A stretch of DNA of 63,068 nucleotides, filler included, from Octopus bimaculoides (Eukaryota), in assembly GCF_001194135.2 (NCBI RefSeq). It is 6 parts of 6 records of this genome, joined end to end, with 100 filler letters (N's around TTAATTAATTAA, not from the genome) between each part and the next. Parts side by side here need not be neighbours in the genome. Positions count along the whole stretch, not along the records: positions 50,494 to 58,804 come from NC_069007.1; positions 58,905 to 61,781 come from NC_069004.1; positions 61,882 to 63,068 come from NC_069002.1; 3 more parts are not named here. One strand, given 5' to 3'. The first letter of the stretch is position 1. Every line of letters begins with the position of its first letter. This document shows positions 53,228 through 63,068 of this stretch, piece by piece. The position numbers were made by a program, and so were the translations under genes. The notes beneath the pieces were generated by a model. It was not told the DNA's origin, did not search any database, and worked only from the letters and a program-made list of their open reading frames with translations.

Positions 53228-54156
53228 TAAATGTAAATAGAAAGAGACAAAGACTAAAAGATATTCAGATGATAAACAGTCATGTATAAATATATAGATA
53301 TTTATACATTAACAGACCAAATTTAGACAGAGTACAAGACAGAGAAAGACAAAGGGGAGAAGGTATGGTATTTCAGGCCTGACAGCTGTTTCTGGCAGGT
53401 GCAGGTGTGTATATACACACTCACACAACCATAACTTGCTCCTTTCCCTGCCACATACATTTTATGTATGCACAGAAGACATGCACATATATACTTAGTT
53501 ACATATATATTGGTGACCTAGCTGGTGCTGGTGCTACATAAAAAGCAGCCATTCCAAATGTGAAGTGGTTGGCATTTGGAAGGGCATTGAGCTATAAAAA
53601 TCATGCCCAAATTAACCTCACCTGTGCTGGTGCCACATAAAAAGCACTGAGTCCACTCTTCAGAGTGGTTGGTATTAGGAAGGGCAACCAGCTGTAAAAA
53701 CCCTGCCAAAATGGACACAGTAGCCTGGGGTAGTTTTTCTACCCGGCTGGCTCCTGTCAACTGTCTTATCCATGTATGCATAGAAGATGGCAGTTAAACA
53801 ATGATGACAATATTGAACACACATACACAAGGTATGTGTTTTGACAGTTTGTTCGATATGTGTTCGATATTGTTTATATCCCCTGGGCTGATTCTCATTC
53901 ATATTTGAATATACACAAACATATATAATTATATATACACACACACACACATACACACTCACATGCACACACACACACTCACTCACACGCAATGACATCA
54001 CCTCACCCCACTCCCTGCTACTCACCAAAGACACTGTTGTTGTAAATTTTGACTTTCCGCCAAACAGGTTTCATGCCAGCAATATAGAAACCAAACCTGA
54101 ATGAGAAAAGGAAGAACGAACAACTGAGAGGAGTAGTAGTAGTAGTAGCAGTAGTA

Positions 54157-54187
<31 letters not shown>

Positions 54188-54249
54188 CAGCGGTAGTAGA
54201 AGTAGTAGTAGTAGTAGTAGTGGTTGGTGGAGTTGGTTGTAGTAGTATT

Positions 54250-54990
54250 GGTGTGGCCCTTTCGGAGATGGTCAATAAACACAAAGCCTTTTGCATCCCA
54301 AAAACAACAGGTGCCACCACCTTCCTTGCAGATGAAATGACCCTAACCATCTTTGGAGTAGCCGAGGAGGAGTGTTTCCACAGCATGGATTGTCCCTTTG
54401 TTTCTGGCTCAAAGTAATGAGCCCAACCCTCATCCTGAGTTAGGAAATGTTCAAGGAGACCAGCTGGATCTGACTCAAACAATGCCAGATTTTCCCATGA
54501 TGTGATCAGCCTGATGCACTTTTAAATAGGTGTGTCAGAAGACATGGCACCCACCAAGCAGAATCCTTCATCACGCTGAGTTCATTGTGCAGAACGCTCC
54601 CAACTTTCTCACTGGATATGCTAATAGCATTGGCTACATGATTCATAATCAATCGCCTGTCATCCATCACCATGTGGTGAGCACAATCAATGTTTTGCTC
54701 ATTGGGGACAACAGCAGGACGTCCAGACTTTGGGTCTTCTGTAAGACTCTCCCTTCCCTTCCTAGAGTCAGTATCCCATTTTTTCACTGTTGATCAAGCC
54801 AGAGCATTATCCCCTAATATAACAAGCATGTCAGCATTAATGTTGTTGGCAACTAAACCCTTTTTTTCTGCAGGTTCTTGGTAACACAACAATGCCAAAT
54901 TTTGTTGATTTTCAAGAGAAGTGGCTACCATATGTTTTGAAATCATCTTTGAACAGTCAGATGTCAGTTTACCTGGAAAGAAACAATGTA
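54250..54990 (-). mobile_element. Decayed mariner (DD34D) transposase, 5' two-thirds
   Basis: ORF track peptides KKWDTDSRKGRESLTEDPKSGRPAVVPNEQNIDCAHHMVMDDRRL..SAWWVPCLL and FLTQDEGWAHYFEPETKGQSMLWKHSSSATPK..SARKVVAPVVF are mariner HTH, WVP and first catalytic-Asp motifs. It is truncated into an (AGT)n run. Confidence 0.9.
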
Positions 54991-55044
54991 ATTATTAACG
55001 AGAACGGTTGAAATGAATGTATAATTAAATCTGTGTGTAAGTCT

Positions 55045-55400
55045 TTTATCTTTTAATTGTTTCAGTCATCAGACAATGGCCATGCTGGAGCACTGCTTTG
55101 AAGAATTTTTAGTCAAATGAATCAGTCCCGGTACATTATATTTTCAAAACCTGGTACTTATTTTATTGGTCTCTTATGCCGAACCACTAAGTTATGCAGA
55201 CATAAACATACTGGCACTGTCAAGCAGTAGTGGGGGACAAACACAGACACACACACACATCTATATGACAGGCTTCTTTCAGTTTCCATCTTCCACATCC
55301 ACTCAGAAGGCTTTGGTCAGCCTGAGGCTATAATAGAAAACATTTGCCGAAAATGCTATCAGTGGGATTGAACCTAGAAACATGTGATTGGGAAGCATTC
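55045..55400 (-). mobile_element. SINE family B, diverged near-full copy
   Basis: Collinear with 57648-58030. Confidence 0.8.
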
Positions 55401-57542
55401 CTTGAAGTGTGAATATGCAAATACTCAAGATGATCTGCCCACCACAACAGAATTGAGATCTTAAAAACATGATGCCTCATAAAAGGCATTGGTTTGGGTG
55501 TTGGCACCACGTAAAAAGCACCCGGGACACTCTGTCAAGTGGTTGATGTTAAGAAGGATATCCAACAGTAGAGACCAAACCAAAACAGAATCCGAAACTT
55601 GGTGCAACCTCTGGCCTTTCCAGTTCCTGTCAACCTGTTAAAATTCATGCCAGTGTAGCAGTAGCTAGATGATTGAATGATCTCCCTTGCAAGAAAGATT
55701 ATAGAGTAACCTCCCTTTACTAAGTTTCTCGAAGCATCTGTGTCATGAGACATGATTCTTAATTATTCAAGAAGCTTAGCGTTTCTCTTGGAAGCTTCTA
55801 GAATGTCTAGTGTTCCATGAATAAAAACAGCTTGCTAACCCAGTTCTTCGCTTCTTAGTTGATTAGACTTAGAGCCATTCATGTCATTGCTATGTCCATC
55901 TATTTCTCTACACCACATGACTGAAAACCACCACTTAGCTGTTATTTCTACATTTTCTATCTCTGAACTTTCTTGCATAAATTACTTCATTCAACTAGAT
56001 TCTACATTTTGACTCTATGTATCATCAACAACCAGTAAATAAAATATATTTTTATCTAGTAAATATATAGATCTTGAATTTATTCTTTCATCTCTTTATG
56101 AACTATTGTTATAACATACACACAACCACATCAACACCTTGTACTGACTATATATAACCACTGCACCAGCATGGAAAATGGGCATTAAAATTTAATGATG
56201 ACGATGATGATGATGGTATCTGTGAGCATGCATCCTTTGCATATGTGTGCACCTGTGTATGCATATGAATAGTTTGACAGCCATAGAGATGACTACTCCT
56301 TGACCTCTAAAGTTGATAGGCTCTAAGAAGCCAAATATCCAGACATCTGTCTACCTGACTATTCAATGAAATGTCTCAAAGTATTGTAAAACATGAATGT
56401 CCTTTTTAATGAGACAAACAGCTCTTCAATGCTATTGCTGATATCAGACAAGATGACCCACTGGTAATTAATTTAAAGCCAGAACAATTTTTTTTTTAAT
56501 TTCTTTTCCTTGACCAGTTATAGCCTCATCACTGATTTCTTTATCTTATGTAAATGTGATCGTGTGAACTCATCCACTTGTGATGTGTATATATTCAGAG
56601 TTCTTTAAGTGAATTTCAGCATCTTATTTTATATGTAATTCTGAAGAATCCTATTCAACATGTAATATTAGAATTAACCTGAATGACACATGGAAAGTAA
56701 TCGACAGTTCCATACATTATTATATAATGTTGCAAAATTTGCTTGTTTTGAGTTAATGATGAAACAATCGCAAACCGAAGTAGTAAAATAACTCGCTCAA
56801 GAAGGACTTAACAGAAAAGGTAAAGACTACAGAATTCATTCACAGACTGAGATGGAGACCCTACTACTATGATAAGAAAAGGGAATATCTTTATTCTTTA
56901 CACAAGTGAGTAGAGATAGGAGTGGTAGCTAGCCTTTATAAAACCTATCTAAGGAGAATGGTAGTATGACCTAGATCCCCAGAACTACAACTAGCCATTG
57001 TCAACTGTAATTGTAGTGTAACCTCAAGCTATTTTTAGAAAGGAATCCAAACAACACACATGCTGACAAACATGAACACATAAAAGCATACTGCTATCTC
57101 AGTCTGTAAGCAATTCTCCATCCATTAGGATGCAAATGAATATTTGTCAAGTTTTGCCCTGAAGAGATTTTTACCTTTCAAAATGCATAACGCAATCTTA
57201 ATTGCAAAATATGAATGAAGGTAAGAAACTGAAAGGTACATTGGCGATGAAATCGACTATTATACAAATAAACTGATTTTTACTGTGTTCAAACTCTCCA
57301 TTTTCCTTATATTATATTATATTATATTATATATATATATATATATATATGAGAGGCTTTGGTATCCAGAAGACCCAAAATTGTAAGTGCAATGGCAGGA
57401 CATCGTCAAGGTCTCAGTTCAATAATAGCATGAGTGAGGAGTCAAAGGCAGGTCGTGTATGAGCGTGTATATGTTAAATAAAATAAGATAACAAGGCCAA
57501 GGCAATGTGATATTTCTAAGACATTTATAAATAGCATGGTGG

Positions 57543-57588
57543 TCTTACAGCTGTTTCAGGGAAATAAATGATATCCCATCATCAGAGA
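57543..57588 (-). ncRNA. Minimal type I hammerhead ribozyme motif (Penelope-associated type)
   Basis: Minus strand: tct CTGATGA t ggga tatcatttatt tccc t GAA ACAGCTGT A aga. It has the CUGAUGA core, a 4-bp helix II, GAAA, an 8-nt palindrome ACAGCUGU as helix III, a GUA cleavage triplet and a 3-bp helix I. Activity is untested. Confidence 0.55.
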
Positions 57589-57647
57589 TGAGATATAAGA
57601 GCTTGCCTTGGCCTTGTTACCTTATTTTACTTAACACACACACACAT

Positions 57648-58030
57648 ACTCTTTTACTCTTCTACTTGTTTCAGTCATTTGACTGTGGCCATGCTGGAGC
57701 ACCGCCTTTAGTCGAGCAAATTGACCCTAGGACTTATTCTTTGTAAGCCTAGTACTTATTCTATCAGTATCTTTTGCCGAACTGCTAAGTTACGGGGACG
57801 TAAACACACCAGCATCGGTTGTCAAGCGATGTTGGGCATACAAAAACAGACACACACACACACACACACATACAATGGGCTTCTTTCAGTTTCCGTCTAC
57901 CAAATCCACTCACAAGGCTTTGGTCGGCCCAAGGCTATAGTAGAAGACATTTGCCCAAGGTGCTACGCAGTGGGACTGAACCTGGAACCATGTGGTTGGT
58001 AAGCAAGCTACTTACCACACAGCCACTCCT
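57648..58030 (-). mobile_element. SINE family B, full length and well preserved
   Basis: Head at 58030 (aggagtggctgtgtggtaag in reverse complement), internal (CA)n, and tail cagtcaaatgactgaaacaagtaga. Confidence 0.88.
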
Positions 58031-58904
58031 GTGCCTATATATATTTATATGCACAGACATCTTCCGTGCTGGCAGAGATTGGAAGAGACATTGGGACAAT
58101 ATTCTATGGTCAGATGCTGCTTCTATCACCAACCTTTGTTTTTATCCGTTTTGCAAGTAATGTTTTATTGTAGAGCCAAGCCTACACCTAGAGAAACAGA
58201 GAGAAGAGGCAGCAAATGTCTGTGAGTTAGAGCCCGAAGAGCATGTGTGACTTAATGCCACTCAATCAAGTGCACATGATATGCAGTTAATTAGCATAAT
58301 TGGGGAAATAGTTCTGTGAACCATGTTGGCTGTCTCACTATTTACAAATGAGAGGGGTGTGCTTGATCAAAGCTAACCCAGGGTTCCTCAATAACATTAA
58401 AAAATCCCACAACAACAACATCGGTAACAATAACAACAAAAGCAATGACAAAACAACAGTAATAGTAACAACATCAACAACATACCGGATTTTTGGTTCC
58501 TCATCTGATGCTGGCCCAACTATCAAGAATTGGAGAGGGCTTCCCACTATGTTGAACACGACAGGTAGACGTACAACATCCAGGTCCCCAGTCTGCTTGG
58601 CCCATGCAGGGACAACGATAGTAACAACGGCAGCAGCGACAGAAACAGCATGGAAAGAAATGGGGACAGGAAAAAGAAAAAAACCAGAAAACTCATTCAG
58701 AATAACGAAGCAATATAAATGAAGGTAAAATCTGAAACCCATCAGAATTAAGATGGATGGGTGGGTGGATGGATGGATGAGCAGTAAGAGGAGGAATATG
58801 GGAGNNNNNNNNNNNNNNNNNNNNNNNNNNNNNNNNNNNNNNNNNNNNTTAATTAATTAANNNNNNNNNNNNNNNNNNNNNNNNNNNNNNNNNNNNNNNN
58901 NNNN

Positions 58905-61781
58905 GTCGTTCGTATTTTCGTTTGTTCGTTCGTTAGTTCGTTCATATCGTTCGTTCGCTCATTCGTACGTACGTACTTACGTACGATCATTCGTTCGTTC
59001 GTTCCTTCGCACATACGTACGTACGTACGTTTGTTCGTTCGTTCGTTTTTTCGTACGTACGTACGTTCTTTCGTGCAATCGTTCGTTCATTCTTTCGTAC
59101 GTTCGTTCGTTCGTGCGTACATTCGTTAGTTTGTTCGTTCGTTCATACGTACGGACGTACATATGTACCTACTTATGTACGTTCGTTTGTTCGTTCGTTC
59201 GTTTGTTCGTACATACGTACGTTAAATTCTTTGTCCGTTCGTTTTTTTTTTTGTACCTACGAACGTTCGTTCGTTCAATCGTTCGTTTCTCCGTTCTTTC
59301 GTTCGTACGTACATTCGTCCGTTTCTTTGTTCGATCGTTTGTTCGTTCTTACATACGTACTTACGTACGTAAATCCGTACATACGTGAGGACGTTCGTTC
59401 GTTGCATCGTTCGTTAGTTCTTTCGTTCTTTCGTACGTACGTACATTCGTTCGTTCGCACATTCGTACGTACGTACGTTCGTTCGTTCGTTCATTCATAC
59501 ATATGTACGTACGAACATACGCACGCTCGTTCGTCCATTCATACATATGTAAGTTCGAATATACGTACGTTCGTTCGTTCGTTCGCTCATTCTTTCGTAC
59601 GTACGTACATTCTTTCGTTCATTCTTTCGTAGGTAGGTACGTTCGTTCGTTCGTACGTACGTGCGTGCGTACGTTAGTTTGTTCGTTCGTTCATACTTTC
59701 GTACGTACATATGAACCTACTTATGTACGTTCGTTTGTTCGTTCGTTTGTTTGTTCGTTCGTACATACGTACGTTCAATTCTTTGTTCGTTCGTTTTTCT
59801 TTCGTACCTACGTACGTTCGTTGGTTCAATCATTCGTTAGTTCGTTGTGTCATTTGTACGTACGTCCGTCCGTTTCTTTGTTCGTTCGTTAGTTCGATCG
59901 TTCGTTCGTTCGTTCTTACGTTCGTTCGTTGCCTCGTACATTAGGTCATTCGTTCGTTCGTTCGTTCGTTTCATTCGTTCGTTCGTCCGTCCGTACGTTC
60001 GTTCGTTCTCACATACGTTCGTTCGTACGTGGTTCGTTCGTTCTCACATACGTTCGTTCGTTCGTAGTTCGTTCGTTCGTTCGTTCGTTCATTCATATAT
60101 ATGTACGTAGCAACATACGTACGTTCGTTCGTTGGTTCGTTCTTTCTTTCGTTCGTTCGTAATTACGTTCCTTCTTTCGTTTATTCGTTCGTAAGTACGA
60201 GCTTACTTACGTACGCACGTTCTTTCCTTCCTTCGATCATTTGTTAATACGTACGATCGTTTGTTCGTACGTACGTACATTCGTTCGTACGTACGTACAT
60301 TCGTTCGTACGTACGTACATTCGTTCGTACGTACGTACATTCTTACGTACGTACGTTCGTTCGTTCGTTCATACATATGTAAGTTCGAATATACGTACGC
60401 TCGTTCGTTCGTTCTTTCGTTTGTTCGCTCGTTAGTTCGTTCGCTCATTTGTACGTACGTACGTAGGATCATTCGTTCGTTCGTTCATTCGTTCTTTTGT
60501 ACGTACGTACATTCTTTCGTTCAATCGTTCGTTCATTAGTACGTACATGCGTACGTACGTGCGTACGTTCTTTGGCTTGTTCGTTCGTTCGCTTGTTCGT
60601 ACGTACGTACGTACGTTCTTTCGTTCGTTCATACGTACGTTCGTTTGTTCGTTCGTACGTGCGTACATTCGTTAGTTTGTTCGTTTGTTCATTCGTACAT
60701 ACATACGTTCGTTCGTTGCCTCGTTCGTTAGTTCTTTCGTTCTTTCGTACGTACGTAGTTCATTAGGACGTTCGTTCGTTCGTTCGTTCATTCATATATA
60801 TAGCAACATACGTGCGTTCGTTCGTTCGTAATTATGTTCCTTCTTTCGTTTATTCATTTGTAAGTACGAGCTTACTTACGTACGCACGTTCTTTCCTTCC
60901 TTCGATCATTTGTTCATACGTCCGATCGTTCGTTCGTACGTACGTACATTCGTTCGTACGTACGTACGTACGTTCGTTCGTACGTACGTACTTTCGTTCG
61001 TACATACGTACGTTCGTTCGTACATTCTTACGTACTTACGTTCCTTCGTTCTTTCGTTCATTCGTTCAATCATACATATGTAAGTTCGAATATACGTACG
61101 TTCTTTCGTTTGTTCGTTCGTTAGTTCGTTCATATCTTTCGTTCGCTCATTCGTGCGTACGTACGTACGTACGTACGATCATTCGTTCTTTCGTTCGTTC
61201 GTTCTTTTGTACGTACGTACATTCTTTCGTTCAATCGGTCGTTCATTCTTTCGTACATTTGTTCGTTCGTACGTACGTGCGTACGTTCTTTAGTTTGTTC
61301 GTTTGTTCGCTCGTTCGTTTTTTCGTACGCACGTACGTTCGTACATTCGTTAGTTTGTTCGTTCGTTCATACGTACGTACGTACATATGTACCTACTTAT
61401 GTACGTTTGTTCATTCGTTTGTTCGTTCGTACATACGTACGTTCAATTCTTTGTTCGTTCGTTTATTCGTTCGTAACTACGTACGTTCGTTCGTTCGTTC
61501 TTTCATTCGTACGTTCCTTCGTCCGTTTCTTTATTCGTTCGTTTGTTCGATCGTTCATTCGTTATTACATACGTACCTACGTACGTAAATCCGTACATAC
61601 GTGCGGACGTTCGTTCGTTGCCTCGTTCGTTAGTTCTTACGTTCTATCGTACGTACGTACGTTCGTTCATTAGGTCGTTCGTTCGTACGTTCTTCCTTCG
61701 TTCGTTCTTTCTTTCATATATATGTACGTAGGAACATACGTACGTTCGTTCGTTCGTAATTACGTTCCTTATTTCGTTTAA
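58905..61781. repeat. Complex (CGTT)n/(CGTA)n tetranucleotide satellite with higher-order blocks
   Basis: 2877 bp made almost entirely of ttcg/tacg units, with recurring 20-55-bp landmark variants. Bounded on both sides by linker gaps. Confidence 0.97.
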
Positions 61782-61995
61782 NNNNNNNNNNNNNNNNNNN
61801 NNNNNNNNNNNNNNNNNNNNNNNNNTTAATTAATTAANNNNNNNNNNNNNNNNNNNNNNNNNNNNNNNNNNNNNNNNNNNNATGCTAAAAGACCCACCAA
61901 ACTGCCTTGTAATGAGATTGAACTCTGAATCACATTGTTGCAAAACAAACTTCTTTCAACCATACAACCATGCCCCACACCCATCTCTGAGCCCT

Positions 61996-62230
61996 TCTTA
62001 TTTCTTTATTGCCCACAAGGGGCTAAACATAGAGGGGACAAACAAGGACAGACAAAGGGATTAAGTCGATTACATCGACCCCAGTGCGTGACTGGTACTT
62101 AATTCATCGACCCCGAAAGGATGAAAAGCAAAGTCGACCTCAGCGAAATTTGATCTCAGAATGTGATGGCAGACGAAATACCGCTAAGCATTTCGCCCGA
62201 CGTGCTAACGTCTCTGCCAGCTCACAGCCT
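61996..62230 (-). mobile_element. SINE family A, near full length, 48 bp upstream of the FNTA exon
   Basis: Well preserved head, body and tail, aligning with 712-945. Confidence 0.88.
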
Positions 62231-62278
62231 TTCTTACCACATTATCTGACACCAAAGTACTTTTGTCTCATTTTACAG

Positions 62279-62393
62279 TCCAACTCGTGTTCGACTATTT
62301 TCGAGCCATCGTAGCCAAAGATGAAAGAAGTGAAAGAGCACTGAAGCTGACCAAGGATGCGATCGAGATGAACGCTGCCAATTACACTGTTTG
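62279..62393 (+). CDS. FNTA: Internal coding exon (115 bp, phase 1 to phase 2) of protein farnesyltransferase/geranylgeranyltransferase type-1 subunit alpha
   Basis: Acceptor ttttgtctcattttacag| and donor TG|gtgagt. Translation (F)[37 protein letters not shown](W) matches the conserved FNTA segment as I recall it from human ([39 protein letters not shown]). Upstream exons were not found in the window. Confidence 0.93.
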
Positions 62394-62808
62394 GTGAGTT
62401 AACACGTTATGTAATCGAACATGCAGTCGTTTTTTCTTTTGTTTTTTGTTTTTTTTGTAACATATTTTGGTTGGATTATTTAGTCATTGATGTTACATTA
62501 CTTTCTATATTCTGTAACTGTCAAAATATACTTTTCTAGGCCTGAAATTTTTGTGGGGAGTGGGGGGGCAATTGATTAGATCAACCCCACTACATAACTG
62601 GTACTTAATTTATCGACCCTGAAAGGAGGAAAGGCAAAGTCGACTTCAGCAGAATTTGAACTCGGGACCTAAAGACAGACGGTCATAATATACAAACATT
62701 TCTCATGGCACCAGTACACTGTTTACAGATGCTTACATTTTTTTATGTTTTCCATGAATTTTCCACGGGTCCAGCTAGTTATTATTATTGTTATCATTAT
62801 TATTATTA

Positions 62809-62846
<38 letters not shown>

Positions 62847-63068
62847 TCCGCCTTAGCAAAGGCGAAGTTATTATTTACAGTCGTGTTTGTCTGTGGACAA
62901 GATATCTCAAGAACTGCTGGATGGATTCAGATGAAACTTTCAGATATGTTTGGGCCTTGCGACTGGCACAAACTGATTAGATTTTGGGATCAATTTGGTA
63001 CTGGACAAGAATTCTGGATTATTTTTCCTGTTTTTTAACTTAATTTTTGAGAGTGGTCGGGTTCATTT

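Noticed and set aside
58061-58125. Tc1-like DWKRHWDNILWSDA peptide
   Set aside because: Too short and without flanking transposase similarity.
58977-61731. Many overlapping ORFs (FVRSFVRT / RTNERT repeats, up to 258 aa)
   Set aside because: They are translations of the CGTT/CGTA satellite, and the same peptides appear in every frame.

Overview
AT-rich eukaryotic genomic scaffold packed with microsatellites and decayed repeats. The SINE families and repeat landscape suggest an octopus or other coleoid cephalopod; this is inference, not checked against a database. It has nine long sized N-gaps and five 100-bp unknown-size gaps, each carrying an artificial TTAATTAATTAA linker. Most entries in the supplied ORF track are translations of microsatellites, gaps or transposon fragments. 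The only host coding sequence I can identify with confidence is one 115-bp + strand exon (62279-62393) of the farnesyltransferase/GGTase-I alpha subunit (FNTA). The rest is mainly relics: three mariner-type and one Tc1 transposase fragments, R4/Dong-like RLE LINEs with (AAT)n tails, Tx1-like and RTE LINE pieces, a Penelope-like GIY-YIG fragment, a long-TIR MITE and many tRNA-derived SINE copies. Best leads: (1) a minimal hammerhead-ribozyme motif with palindromic helix III inside a 34-bp inverted repeat (57472-57636), plus a variant at about 41.8 kb; (2) a 168-bp tandem duplication at about 14.0-14.3 kb whose differences follow a protein-coding pattern but whose peptide I do not recognise; (3) a 2.9-kb CpG-saturated (CGTT/CGTA) higher-order satellite just upstream of the FNTA exon; (4) several candidate exons of unidentified genes. 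I see no clear new biological system; these leads are offered for checking.
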